This document shows positions 28,404-38,399 of a stretch of DNA of 64,000 nucleotides, piece by piece. This stretch comes from an uncultured virus (IMG/VR IMGVR_UViG_3300028552_000008) (Duplodnaviria > Heunggongvirae > Uroviricota > Caudoviricetes): IMG/VR virus record IMGVR_UViG_3300028552_000008. One strand, 5' to 3'. The notes beneath the pieces are model-generated. The model ran no database searches and was not told the origin of the DNA. It was given only the letters and a program-made list of their open reading frames with translations. Every line of letters starts with the position of its first letter. The first letter of the stretch is position 1. Both the position numbers and the translations under genes were made by a program.

Positions 28404-30389
28404 ATGTCTTTTATCTCACCTGAAAACTTTCAATATTACGCTAATTACTTTGCTCAACTAACAAAAGCCAAATTAGACTATGAAATAAATAGATCTGAAA
28501 AATATGTTAGTGATGATCAAGGGAATTCAGCATATCAAGTAACCTTTCATCCAATTTTTAAGAATATTACGACTTTAGACCAATTAGCCTCAGTTTGGTC
28601 AGCTGCTCCCAACCCTATACCTGTAGATGCTATTAGAGGTGGGGTTATAACTGATGAGTTGCTTAGAAATCCCAACTGTTGCATAGTTAGTGGAAGTGTG
28701 TATAAACAAAACATTACTTCAATTAAGTTTTATGCTAATAGTGTGTTTGATTCAACTAATTGTAATGTAAAAATTTACTTAATAAACAATACTGTCCTTG
28801 AAAGAGTGGTAAATGCTAGGACTATCAGAGTATGTAGTTTGGGCAGTCTTTATAACAATGGTAAGATTGTTTTCTGTGGTGATGAAAACACTCCCTGGTT
28901 TAATTATATAGATAAAGGGCATATCATAATATTTGCTTCTGCTGGAGAACAGATGGAGGGTAATAGCCGTACATTTGTCACAGATGCTATAACTTTGGAT
29001 ATGAACTATATAATTGCAGCAGCTTCCATCTATCCTCCCGCCATAGATGATATATTACAGAACAAAGCATTTATTCCTAGTAAGGATAGTAGACTAGCTT
29101 TGTTAAGGGTGGAGAAAGCTATTCCAGCCAGATATCGAGAAGCTTATTTAGCTAGAAAAGCCAAGATACAGGAAGACTTTAGCAAAAATACCACTAATGT
29201 AATGATTGGTAAATTGACTAGGAAAGAAAGTCCGTTTATTGAGCTTAACGGTATCAAGATAACTGCTACCAAAGCTGATTATATAGCTGGTCATGTAACA
29301 ATAGAAGCCAATAATCTAGCTGAAGTTGTCTTTGCTAAACTAAATCCCAATGAAACGGAATGGGATATATTCACATTGATAAACATATATACTGATTGGG
29401 TTAATGAACAATTCAGAAACTTGCCACTTAATGCTGATGGGTCTGGCTGTTCAGCAGCCAAATCGTTCTCATTTAAAATCAATGATATTCCGTTAAAGGT
29501 GAGTTGTTTTACTGAGAATACTAGGAGGGCGGTAAATGATCACTTAATCAATGTAGATGAGCTGAGTGCTGTTCTTAAAAGAGCTAGTTGTTATCAAGCA
29601 GTTGAAGGCGAGGATAATGTAAAGAACTTTGACAAGTTTATTTCTAATGTATCCAGGCATTCATTGAAGATTCGTGATATCTGGTCTAATGGTATGCCAG
29701 TTAAAACTGTTTACTTAGAGAGTGACAGGAATAGTTACGGTAAACAGGCTACTATGAAGCATCCTAAGCTAAGGTTTATTCATAAAGATAAGAAGGGTTT
29801 CTATCTAATAGTGAATCAATATGATAGTAAGAATAAGTCTAAGATCATTTCGACTAATGAGTATAGAATAGGTAAATTTGCAGCATTCATTAAAAGGGTG
29901 GAACAGGCGAACAGAAGTAATTATATGAATTATGTTCATGATTATAGTCGAAATTCTGAAGGTTACTATCTACCACTATCAGGAACTAACAAATGTGCAA
30001 CTGAACTATTAATTATTTTAGCTGAATTTGCTGGTGATATTACTGAAGAGGATAAGAAGGCATTGATAGGTTCCATTAATTATGAGCTGAGTGAAGCTGA
30101 AAAGAAATCTGAAGAATTGTTGAAAGAAGCTTGTCAACTAACTAACTCTAAAGAAGGTACTAGAGACGGCAAGGTTGGCTATATAGTACCAGGAAAGATG
30201 AGAACTTATTTCGTTGAAGCTGAAGGTACCCATAAAGTTTACGATAATGACCCCAAAGCTACTAATCCTTATTTCTGTGTAGTTAATAAAGGAGATATGG
30301 GTGTAGGTAGAGATGCATTAGTAGCTCGTATATTCGCGCTACATAATGACCAGATGATGGCTAAACAAATTCACACATTACAAAGATAA
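28404..30389 (+). CDS. large hypothetical protein in the Ubl operon (661 aa)
   Basis: Lies between Ubl and JAB genes; C-terminal YFCVV...DALVARIFALHND. Confidence 0.75.
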   Translation: MSFISPENFQYYANYFAQLTKAKLDYEINRSEKYVSDDQGNSAYQVTFHPIFKNITTLDQLASVWSAAPNPIPVDAIRGGVITDELLRNPNCCIVSGSVYKQNITSIKFYANSVFDSTNCNVKIYLINNTVLERVVNARTIRVCSLGSLYNNGKIVFCGDENTPWFNYIDKGHIIIFASAGEQMEGNSRTFVTDAITLDMNYIIAAASIYPPAIDDILQNKAFIPSKDSRLALLRVEKAIPARYREAYLARKAKIQEDFSKNTTNVMIGKLTRKESPFIELNGIKITATKADYIAGHVTIEANNLAEVVFAKLNPNETEWDIFTLINIYTDWVNEQFRNLPLNADGSGCSAAKSFSFKINDIPLKVSCFTENTRRAVNDHLINVDELSAVLKRASCYQAVEGEDNVKNFDKFISNVSRHSLKIRDIWSNGMPVKTVYLESDRNSYGKQATMKHPKLRFIHKDKKGFYLIVNQYDSKNKSKIISTNEYRIGKFAAFIKRVEQANRSNYMNYVHDYSRNSEGYYLPLSGTNKCATELLIILAEFAGDITEEDKKALIGSINYELSEAEKKSEELLKEACQLTNSKEGTRDGKVGYIVPGKMRTYFVEAEGTHKVYDNDPKATNPYFCVVNKGDMGVGRDALVARIFALHNDQMMAKQIHTLQR

Positions 30390-30395
30390 AAAAAT

Positions 30396-30794
30396 ATGAC
30401 TCGTGAAGATTTAACCTTCGCGACCTGTTATCAACTAGCACAACTTATTTCTGAAGACTGGGAAAACCAGCCTTCAGAAGTAAAGCATGCTATTTATCTA
30501 TTAAAACCAATAGATGAACCAGGTGAATTATTTTGGGGAGTTCCTCCAATAGTAAATCCACTTAAGTTAGCAGCGTCAGAAAGGGAACCAGACTCCATAA
30601 GATTGAATAGAAAACTATATGAACTAGAAGTAGTTTCAAAGTGTTTTAAACTAATAATTGAACATTCTGATCAATGGCAAACACAAAATTCTGACGACCT
30701 AAAAAAGGAAATCATTTCAAGAGTAAAAGAATATGAAGAAGAAATCATTAGCATCTCTAAACCTGTGCCTTTTACATGCCATATCCAAATATGA
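30396..30794 (+). CDS. hypothetical protein in the Ubl operon
   Basis: 132-aa ORF. Confidence 0.6.
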   Translation: MTREDLTFATCYQLAQLISEDWENQPSEVKHAIYLLKPIDEPGELFWGVPPIVNPLKLAASEREPDSIRLNRKLYELEVVSKCFKLIIEHSDQWQTQNSDDLKKEIISRVKEYEEEIISISKPVPFTCHIQI

Positions 30795-31230
30795 TGATGA
30801 TTTATTAGAAGAACAAGGTGGATTTATATTAAAAGAAGTTGGTGTGGATAACTATGAATTTGTACCAGTTACTAATGCCTTAACCGGTACGCATGCCGCT
30901 AAAGGTTTGTATATAGCTGAAACAAGTGAATTTAATAATAAGGTTGCAGCTAGAACATTTGATGATACCTGGACTGTCTTTGCTAGTTATCATACTCATC
31001 CTTTAGGTATGCGAGCATTACCTAGCAATACTGATGTCTCAAAATTGTTCACTAATTTCCCGGTTAACTTTATCTATGCTCCTGATAGAGAGTTGAATAG
31101 ATTTGATTATAACCCAAACTATGTTAAAGATGGTTCTGATAGTAAGTGGATTTTTACTAATGTAAGTAACTTTAATGGCTTTAAAGGAGATAATAAAATT
31201 GAAAAATGGATTGAATCTGAAAATTTATGA
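30733..31230 (+). CDS. JAB/MPN (JAMM) metallopeptidase
   Basis: EQGGFI...N...YHTHP...PSNTD, matching the E...HxH-x7-S-x2-D pattern. Confidence 0.85.
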   Translation: MKKKSLASLNLCLLHAISKYDDDLLEEQGGFILKEVGVDNYEFVPVTNALTGTHAAKGLYIAETSEFNNKVAARTFDDTWTVFASYHTHPLGMRALPSNTDVSKLFTNFPVNFIYAPDRELNRFDYNPNYVKDGSDSKWIFTNVSNFNGFKGDNKIEKWIESENL

Positions 31231-31508
31231 ATACTGAAACTAATACTGAAACTAAACCTGAAACTAATACTGAAACTAAACCTGTTATAGAAATAGATCC
31301 TTCATCAGTTGGGCATTTTTGTACTGTTAAATATGAGGATGAAGAAGAACCTGTTGATGGAATTATAGTTGAATATAATGATCCATGGTTTCTAGGTGAT
31401 CCAACCGTAGCAGTTTTTCTTTTAGATGCGTATATAATTGATGCCTCAGTTGAATTGGACCAGATAATTGAAATAAGAGGGCTTGTAAAATCTGATAAAT
31501 CTAAATGA
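31227..31508 (+). CDS. small acidic protein with N-terminal 12-bp tandem repeat
   Basis: AATACTGAAACT/AAACCTGAAACT repeats encode NTET/KPET. Confidence 0.6.
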   Translation: MNTETNTETKPETNTETKPVIEIDPSSVGHFCTVKYEDEEEPVDGIIVEYNDPWFLGDPTVAVFLLDAYIIDASVELDQIIEIRGLVKSDKSK

Positions 31509-32116
31509 AATCTAAAGTAAAAATAGATAGGATAGGAATTGCAGGACAAGGCGGAATTGGGGCTTTTTTAACTAGATTCTTGTTTGATTATGGAGCTAAA
31601 CGTAATCAATTTGACTTTAGTGGTTGTACAGTTGATACCTTCGATATCGATATCGTCGACGCCTCTAATCTTCTTCATCAAGATTTTACAGATGATGATA
31701 TAGGTAGATACAAAGCTGACATTGTGGCTGAAAAGTGCTTAAATCTTGTAAATCCTAATAAAAGGTTTATGGAGGTTAAGGATTTTGAGAACTATGATGT
31801 TATTTTTAGCGCTGTAGATTCCATGTCCTTCAGGTCTTCACTCTACAAGTATGGATTCGATCACCCTAGTTTGATGTGGATTGATGGAAGATGTAGTTCT
31901 AGACAGGTAGGACTATATCACTCTAAATTGAGTAGAACGGTATTGGAAAAGGCAATTAATGATAGTAAAGAACGTACTGGATGTTTGTTGGAATATGACA
32001 AGAAAAATAAAACTTCTCATGTAACTCCTCAAATAATCGCTGCTATGATGACTCAAACTTTTCTCAATTATATTAGAGATGAATTACAGCTTGACCCTGT
32101 TGTTCTTCTTTTGTAA
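31505..32116 (+). CDS. ThiF/E1-like adenylating enzyme
   Basis: GQGGIG, DIDIVDASNLLHQ, KA, AVDS, WIDGR, GCLL. Confidence 0.88.
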   Translation: MKSKVKIDRIGIAGQGGIGAFLTRFLFDYGAKRNQFDFSGCTVDTFDIDIVDASNLLHQDFTDDDIGRYKADIVAEKCLNLVNPNKRFMEVKDFENYDVIFSAVDSMSFRSSLYKYGFDHPSLMWIDGRCSSRQVGLYHSKLSRTVLEKAINDSKERTGCLLEYDKKNKTSHVTPQIIAAMMTQTFLNYIRDELQLDPVVLLL

Positions 32117-32223
32117 TATGAGATACGAAAATTAAAGCGAGGGTTGGCATATAATCTATACCAACCCTTCAAAACTAAAATATAAACAATGACAATAAAC
32201 TAATAACTAATAACTAATTAAAT

Positions 32224-33213
32224 ATGGCAATTATTCGTGCAAGTAAAGCGTTTGAAGGTAGTGAACTTACCCAAAAATCTGCAACCTATATCAAGTCCAA
32301 TACCCGGATAGTGGATTTTAAGAATAAGGAGAATGGTGTTTACCTATTCCTTTTAGGGGCATATAAAGAAGATAGTGCTGGTAATGGTGTGTGGTATAAA
32401 CCGGTTAAGATTCGTGATAATTACGGGGTGAGCATGTATAAAAAGAAATTTGCTATCCAGCCTAACTGTCCAATTGAGTATTTTGCAAATAAAGTGCTGC
32501 AATTTGCTCCTGATATGGCTAAGAGTAGGGAGATCGAGGAAGATGGCAGAAAGAAATGGATTTATCCAGTTTGGGGTAGGACTGCTTGGAGAGTGCTGTA
32601 TAATGCTGCTATCTTCAATGATTATGGCGCTGGTGTTCATGTTTTGGATTTGCCTCAATCTGGTGGTGCTAGTGTGATTGATGAACATGTGAGAGGGAAG
32701 CAGGCAGATGGTTCACCAAATCTAGATATTACTGACTATGAGCATGCTGTTCCAATCAATATCAAGCTAGACTTGAAAGTGAAGGGTCAACCGTGGAAAA
32801 TAGCTATTCAGACGCAAAAGACTTATCCTTTGCCTCGTGAATTGGCAGATACTGATTATTTGTATAATCTGGATGAAGTTATTGCATATCCTGATAAACA
32901 AGCGCTTATTGATGAGCTTAAGAGTCTTGTACCTGTGGATATATTTAGAAAGGGCTTGGAAGGTTATTCAGATGGTCTCACTCCTGAATTTACATCTACT
33001 CCTGAAACTCCAGAAGTAGATGTTAGGTCAGAAGTACCTCCAGTATATGAGAATCCGGTAGCTTCCATACCAAGGTCTAACACAGCTAAAACTGTGGCAC
33101 CAACTGTAAGTATTCCAAAAGCTAATACTGAGCCTAAAGCTTCAGAACCAGTAGCTAGTAATAGTGATGTTTTGAAACGGGCGCAGGAATTCTTGAAGAA
33201 TAAAGTTAAATAA
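32224..33213 (+). CDS. putative single-stranded DNA-binding protein (gp32-like)
   Basis: Directly upstream of recA; aromatic-rich core, DITDYEH, low-complexity C-terminal tail. Confidence 0.55.
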   Translation: MAIIRASKAFEGSELTQKSATYIKSNTRIVDFKNKENGVYLFLLGAYKEDSAGNGVWYKPVKIRDNYGVSMYKKKFAIQPNCPIEYFANKVLQFAPDMAKSREIEEDGRKKWIYPVWGRTAWRVLYNAAIFNDYGAGVHVLDLPQSGGASVIDEHVRGKQADGSPNLDITDYEHAVPINIKLDLKVKGQPWKIAIQTQKTYPLPRELADTDYLYNLDEVIAYPDKQALIDELKSLVPVDIFRKGLEGYSDGLTPEFTSTPETPEVDVRSEVPPVYENPVASIPRSNTAKTVAPTVSIPKANTEPKASEPVASNSDVLKRAQEFLKNKVK

Positions 33214-33221
33214 GTAACTCT

Positions 33222-33253
33222 GGGAGCACTAATATTAATTAGTGCTCCCTTTT
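33222..33253 (+). terminator. intrinsic terminator or stem-loop
   Basis: GGGAGCACTAAT / ATTAGTGCTCCC then TTTT. Confidence 0.6.
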
Positions 33254-33256
33254 ATT

Positions 33257-34453
33257 ATGCCTACAAATAACGACGAAATATTCCAGAAATTGCTGGAAGC
33301 TACAGAACATCAGTTTAAGAAGAAGTTTAAAGACACCAATGCCAAGTTTATTCTAGCTAGTGAAGAAAAGCCAGCTATTGGATTAATAGTAGATAATCCG
33401 GCTCTAGAATATATATTAGATAGAAGGTTTTTAGCTTACGGCAGATTTTATCTAGTATATGGTAAAAAGAGTTCTTCCAAGACTTCCTTATTCTATGAAA
33501 TTGCCAAGATATTTCAAAAGAATAATGGCAAAGTAATCTGGCTTGAGACTGAAAATGCCATTGACTTGGATTACGCTAAGAGCCAGGGTGTGGATTTGGA
33601 TAGTGTAATGTTAATTCATCCTCAGACATTGGAAGAAGCATTAAGTATAGCTGAATCATTTATTAGGAATTTAAGTAAGCTAGATCCGGATGGACAGATG
33701 CCTATTTTGATTTGTTTAGATAGTATTGCTGGTAGTACAACTGAATATGAGCAAGACACCTCTAATAATGTAACTGATACAATGCCAGGAGCACATGCTA
33801 GACTGCTAAGTAGGTTTTATCGAGAGATGGAACATCCTTTAGCAAATGAGCGTTGTGTGTTTCTGGCATTGAACCAGTTAAAGAAAGCGGTAGGTGGATT
33901 TACTCCGTTTGGTGGTGAAGCTGAGAGTATGATGGGTGGAGAAGCACCTAGATTTAGCAGTACATATCAAATTAAAATGGAAAAGATTAAGGATTTGACT
34001 GCTGAAGGAAAAGATGATGGTCCTGAGCGGAAATTTGGCTCCATTCATCAAATAACCTGTACTAGAAATAAGTTAGGGAGGGAAGGCAATACCCAAAGAA
34101 TTAGATTCGATCTATATATTGAGGGTGGTATTGATTGGTATTCTCCATTAGTATCTGAAACATTAGCTAAAAGTTATAAAGACTTGGTTACTGCTAAAGG
34201 TCCTAGGTACTCATGGAACATACCTGGAATGACTTATATTGATAAAGATGGTACGGAAAAACCTCTCAGTACTGAAGAAAGTTATTATGATAGGGATTTA
34301 GGGTATATGATAGCCCATAGTACACAAGCTAAGGAGGCTATTAGAACTGCTTTTGGAATCAGACCTCTTCCACCTCAAGCAGTAGTGGAAGAAGTTGAAG
34401 CTGAAAGACTTACTAAACGTAAGAAGAAGAAAGATGAAGAGAAATCATTATGA
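33257..34453 (+). CDS. recA: RecA/UvsX-like recombinase
   Basis: YGKKSSSKTS (variant Walker A), ETENAID..YAK..GVD, LDSIA, HARLLS, LNQL, GGEA, RNK. Confidence 0.85.
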   Translation: MPTNNDEIFQKLLEATEHQFKKKFKDTNAKFILASEEKPAIGLIVDNPALEYILDRRFLAYGRFYLVYGKKSSSKTSLFYEIAKIFQKNNGKVIWLETENAIDLDYAKSQGVDLDSVMLIHPQTLEEALSIAESFIRNLSKLDPDGQMPILICLDSIAGSTTEYEQDTSNNVTDTMPGAHARLLSRFYREMEHPLANERCVFLALNQLKKAVGGFTPFGGEAESMMGGEAPRFSSTYQIKMEKIKDLTAEGKDDGPERKFGSIHQITCTRNKLGREGNTQRIRFDLYIEGGIDWYSPLVSETLAKSYKDLVTAKGPRYSWNIPGMTYIDKDGTEKPLSTEESYYDRDLGYMIAHSTQAKEAIRTAFGIRPLPPQAVVEEVEAERLTKRKKKKDEEKSL

Positions 34454-34866
34454 AGAAATTAATCAAGAAATCTAAAGTAGTTAAACGAATTGTCAAACCA
34501 ATTGTCAAACCAGTCAAGGCTAAGGTAAAGACTAAGATAAAATCCAAGACTAAAGCTAAGCTGGTAAGAAAGAAGATCAAAGTAGAGGAACCTATTGAGC
34601 CAGTCAAGTCTCATATTGCAGTGCTTACAAATGTTGAAGTTAAAGTACCTAAGACAGCTGAACAGACTGCAAACTCAAGTACAACTACATTTGAGAAAGT
34701 AGTCAGAATTAGTAGCATGCCATTTGAGCAACAGATGTCAGTAGTCTTTAATCCGTTACAAACCATGACTAAAACTGAATCTCCTCCAAACATAAGTGAG
34801 GCCACAAAAATAATTGAACATCAAAACGAAAATGAAACAACAACTCCTGATAATAACACCCCATAG
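34450..34866 (+). CDS. Lys-rich basic protein
   Basis: K/V/I-rich N-terminus; ATGA-coupled to recA. Confidence 0.6.
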   Translation: MKKLIKKSKVVKRIVKPIVKPVKAKVKTKIKSKTKAKLVRKKIKVEEPIEPVKSHIAVLTNVEVKVPKTAEQTANSSTTTFEKVVRISSMPFEQQMSVVFNPLQTMTKTESPPNISEATKIIEHQNENETTTPDNNTP

Positions 34867-35677
34867 TTTTGTAGACCTTATCACAAATAGTAGTACCGAG
34901 CTATTCGTGTGTAGTACTAAGAAATCAGTTGAAATGGTCGAGGAGCTTTTAAAGAAGCTCCTCCTAAACCATAATGAGATGCTGGATACTCCTAATCAGT
35001 ATGTTTTTTCCGAAGTATTTAAGCCAGTGGAAATAGCCAAATATACATATGATAAGGAGTTATTCTCTAAAGATGTAGTAGCTAATTATCATAATTATCA
35101 TTGGGAAGACGATAATTATAAATATGTTTCACAAAGGCAAAGGCCCGATTCTTATATCCAAGCTGAAATTGAAGAAAATAAGCTGAGAAAAGAACATCCT
35201 GCCATTGTAAATCGTCGTAAGTATGAGGAGGATGAGACAAAGGAAGAACAGAAAAAACGGGAAGAAGAAAATCGAGATTATTGGAAACAAGAGAATAGAA
35301 TTTGGACTCAGGTAGGTGTAGAAACATTAGGAACTGAAGTTGATTTGTTTATTGAATTCCTTAAATTAAACAAGGCTGAGCAGTATATTGATTTAGTGAA
35401 TACTTGGGCAGATAAAGCTAAAGAAGATCACTTAAAAGAGCAAGGAGGTAAGTTTGTTGGGCTTCATAGAATAGTAAGTGAAGCTGAAGCTAACGAGGAT
35501 AAAATACCCAAAGAATTGGCTGAGTTATTTGACTTCTTTACTTTGGTTAACGGATATGAATTTTCTATCCATAAAGGTCAAATTCTAATCTATTCAGCTA
35601 ATGATAACACCATTCCTTATTCATTGTTTGAACAAATAGCTGAATATTTTTCAGCTAGACGATATCACATAGGTTAA
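34832..35677 (+). CDS. hypothetical protein, HSFVDLITNSSTE family
   Basis: N-terminal motif identical to the next gene; upstream of a radical SAM gene. Confidence 0.7.
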   Translation: MKQQLLIITPHSFVDLITNSSTELFVCSTKKSVEMVEELLKKLLLNHNEMLDTPNQYVFSEVFKPVEIAKYTYDKELFSKDVVANYHNYHWEDDNYKYVSQRQRPDSYIQAEIEENKLRKEHPAIVNRRKYEEDETKEEQKKREEENRDYWKQENRIWTQVGVETLGTEVDLFIEFLKLNKAEQYIDLVNTWADKAKEDHLKEQGGKFVGLHRIVSEAEANEDKIPKELAELFDFFTLVNGYEFSIHKGQILIYSANDNTIPYSLFEQIAEYFSARRYHIG

Positions 35678-35681
35678 ATAC

Positions 35682-36083
35682 ATGATAAATACATTAAAGA
35701 TTACAGTACATAGTTTCGTTGATCTAATTACGAATAGTAGCACAGAAATCTACATTCAAGCTACACAGAAGACAATAGAATCAATTACCAAACTAGTTGA
35801 TAATATTTTAACTGTGGCTGGTAGTACGTTTAAGTGTGAGGATTTGTTTGATATTACCATAGATAAAGAAAGTTTCTATAAGAATTATTATCATGGTGAG
35901 GAGGAAGGTGAACCTAAAAAGACAGTAGAAGAATTTTTTGACATGGAACTTGAAGCAGATGCATATAGAGATATACATATAACTGTAAAAGCCAAGATTA
36001 ACACTTTGGCAGCTAAACAAGCAGCTGAAATATTAAGTAGCTTAACTAGTCTATTTTGTATGGAAGCTCGCTACGATGGATGA
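35682..36083 (+). CDS. hypothetical protein, HSFVDLITNSSTE family
   Basis: Same N-terminal motif. Confidence 0.7.
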   Translation: MINTLKITVHSFVDLITNSSTEIYIQATQKTIESITKLVDNILTVAGSTFKCEDLFDITIDKESFYKNYYHGEEEGEPKKTVEEFFDMELEADAYRDIHITVKAKINTLAAKQAAEILSSLTSLFCMEARYDG

Positions 36084-36089
36084 TTAAAC

Positions 36090-36950
36090 ATGTTAAAAAT
36101 AAAAAGAAGAATTGAAAAAGAAGCGAATTATAGTGCGGTATTCTTTGATGGTAAAACATTAAGAATACCGCTTAATCCTTCTAAACCAATCACAGAATTA
36201 CGATATCCAGAATTCTATGACCTTAGTTTTGGTGATAAGTGTGTAACTGGAAAATGTCCATGGTGTTATGCTAAAGGAAATCCTAAAGGTAAGCACTATT
36301 CTAATATAGTAGGCAAGATTGAGAAGTATTTTGGTTCAATGACAGAGAACCAACGTTGTTTCCAGGTAGCTGTTGGTGGGCAGCAAGAACCATTAGAGCA
36401 TCCTGAATTCTGGGATGCAATGAAGTTGCTAAAAAGTTTGGATATTGTTCCTAACTATACTACTAACGGAGTTCTATTTGATGAAAATGTAGTTAACAAG
36501 ACTAGAGAACATTGTGGTGGAGTAGCAATAACTCTACACCCTCATTTAGAAGATGATTGGAGGAAAGCGTTGGATTTGGCTATTAAGTGTAAACTTAAGG
36601 TTAATATTCATTTTATAGTATCAGATGAAGATTCAGTAGATAGGTTAATTACACTCTATAATGAATATAACGGCAAAATTGATTACTTCGTTCTATTACC
36701 TTACATGAATGTTGGTTTTGCTGCTAAGAACCCTAAAACCATAGCTTATGATAAACTTGCTGCTTGGTTAGATAGTGTCCAGAATTACGCTAATATTGCT
36801 TTTGGTGCTAACTTCTATAAGTTCCTTAATACTAATAAGAGGTGGGATGTCTCATTATACCCTCCAGAAATCTTGAGTAAATATCTAGTATTAGATGACA
36901 ATATGAATTTGTATAATAACAGTTTTGAAATGAAGCTAGTTAGATATTGA
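36090..36950 (+). CDS. radical SAM enzyme
   Basis: CVTGKCPWCY (Cx4CxxC), VAVGGQQEPLEHP, NYTTNG. Confidence 0.85.
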   Translation: MLKIKRRIEKEANYSAVFFDGKTLRIPLNPSKPITELRYPEFYDLSFGDKCVTGKCPWCYAKGNPKGKHYSNIVGKIEKYFGSMTENQRCFQVAVGGQQEPLEHPEFWDAMKLLKSLDIVPNYTTNGVLFDENVVNKTREHCGGVAITLHPHLEDDWRKALDLAIKCKLKVNIHFIVSDEDSVDRLITLYNEYNGKIDYFVLLPYMNVGFAAKNPKTIAYDKLAAWLDSVQNYANIAFGANFYKFLNTNKRWDVSLYPPEILSKYLVLDDNMNLYNNSFEMKLVRY

Positions 36951-36982
36951 CATTAGTGTGTAGTCTGGCATATTAATCAATT

Positions 36983-37510
36983 ATGTCAGACTACATTCTC
37001 AGCTTAGATAATGGTACAGGCAGCACAGGTATCGCTATGTTTGGACCTAATGATTTGGTTAGATACGAAAAGTTCCCTACTAAAAGTACTATAAACTACC
37101 AGAAAGAGGAACAACATATAACTAGAGTGGATGTTCCAGCTCTTAGAATACTATTAGTTAATTGGAACATACCTAAAGATACTATTGTACTGTTAGAAAG
37201 ACCACTTATTAATCCTACTAGATTTAAAGCCAGTATATCTGCTGCTAGATGTTTTGAAGCCACTATTATAGTATTAGAAGAATTAGGCCTGGATTATAAA
37301 GTGGTTGATTCGAAAGCTTGGCAGAGAGTATTACTACCTAATATAGAAGGTAGTAATGAACTTAAGAAAGCTTCATTAGAATTAGGAAAGAAATTATTTC
37401 CTAACTTAAAACTAAAGAAAGATGCAGATAGTTTGCTGATTGGATACTGGGCCAAAAATAAAGACAAACTAGAAACAATTAAACCTATTAAAAAGAAAAT
37501 AAAATTATGA
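36983..37510 (+). CDS. RuvC-like Holliday junction resolvase
   Basis: ILSLDNG, LLERP, KAWQ, DADSLLIG. Confidence 0.75.
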   Translation: MSDYILSLDNGTGSTGIAMFGPNDLVRYEKFPTKSTINYQKEEQHITRVDVPALRILLVNWNIPKDTIVLLERPLINPTRFKASISAARCFEATIIVLEELGLDYKVVDSKAWQRVLLPNIEGSNELKKASLELGKKLFPNLKLKKDADSLLIGYWAKNKDKLETIKPIKKKIKL

Positions 37511-37520
37511 AAACTTAACC

Positions 37521-38174
37521 ATGACTAAACCTGAAATTGAACGCTATATCTCTGAAATACCTAGACAAACTGTAACTGAATATATCAACTATTGGAATAC
37601 TATAAAACCTGTAAATAAAGATGAATACTATAATAGATTTGTATTTAGTCATCTTTCTGTGCATTGTAGTTGGCGAGCTAATATAAAAGCTTATAAGATG
37701 GTGATAGGTAGAGTAATACCTGATAAACAAACCTTAAAAGATGTAATATCTTATAGTGGGGTAGGACTTATTAACCTTAGAACCAAAGGTATGTGGGAGT
37801 TTAAGGAATCATTCTATAATAACCCTGCTCAATATTATAAGTCTGAAGCTGAGACTTGGGATTGTTTTCGAGATAGAATAATGAATCTCATACATGGATT
37901 AGGATATGCTAAAACAGCCTTCGCCCTGGAGTTATGTTATCCTAATGAAGCTGAAGTTACTTGTTTAGATGTGCATATGCTTAGATTATATGGCTATGAT
38001 AAGTCACAAACACCTAATAAAGCTTTATATAAGGAATTTGAAGAGCATTGGGTTAATACTTGTAAGACTAATAATATTCCCCCATTCATAGCTAGATCAA
38101 TATGGTGGGATAAAAATCAGGTTAATACTAATGAAAGTTTGGGTAAGTATTGGACTTATGTATTCGAAAAATAA
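37521..38174 (+). CDS. HhH-GPD DNA glycosylase/AP lyase (OGG-like)
   Basis: IHGLGYAKTAFAL and CLDVHMLR. Confidence 0.75.
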   Translation: MTKPEIERYISEIPRQTVTEYINYWNTIKPVNKDEYYNRFVFSHLSVHCSWRANIKAYKMVIGRVIPDKQTLKDVISYSGVGLINLRTKGMWEFKESFYNNPAQYYKSEAETWDCFRDRIMNLIHGLGYAKTAFALELCYPNEAEVTCLDVHMLRLYGYDKSQTPNKALYKEFEEHWVNTCKTNNIPPFIARSIWWDKNQVNTNESLGKYWTYVFEK

Positions 38175-38399
38175 TGAATATTTTCTAGTCAGTTAATTAA
38201 AACTAAAGTTAATTGACTAGAGAGTATATGGATAAACTAACCCAATTCAAAAATCTAACTTGTATTAGAGAGTTACCTATGAGATGTTATAGTAAGAAAT
38301 TTAGAATATTACACGAACACCTGCCTAATATAGATAATGAAGTCTATTATCATTTAGAATGTCTGGAATGTAATATGCAATTTGCTGTAAAGGAACTAT

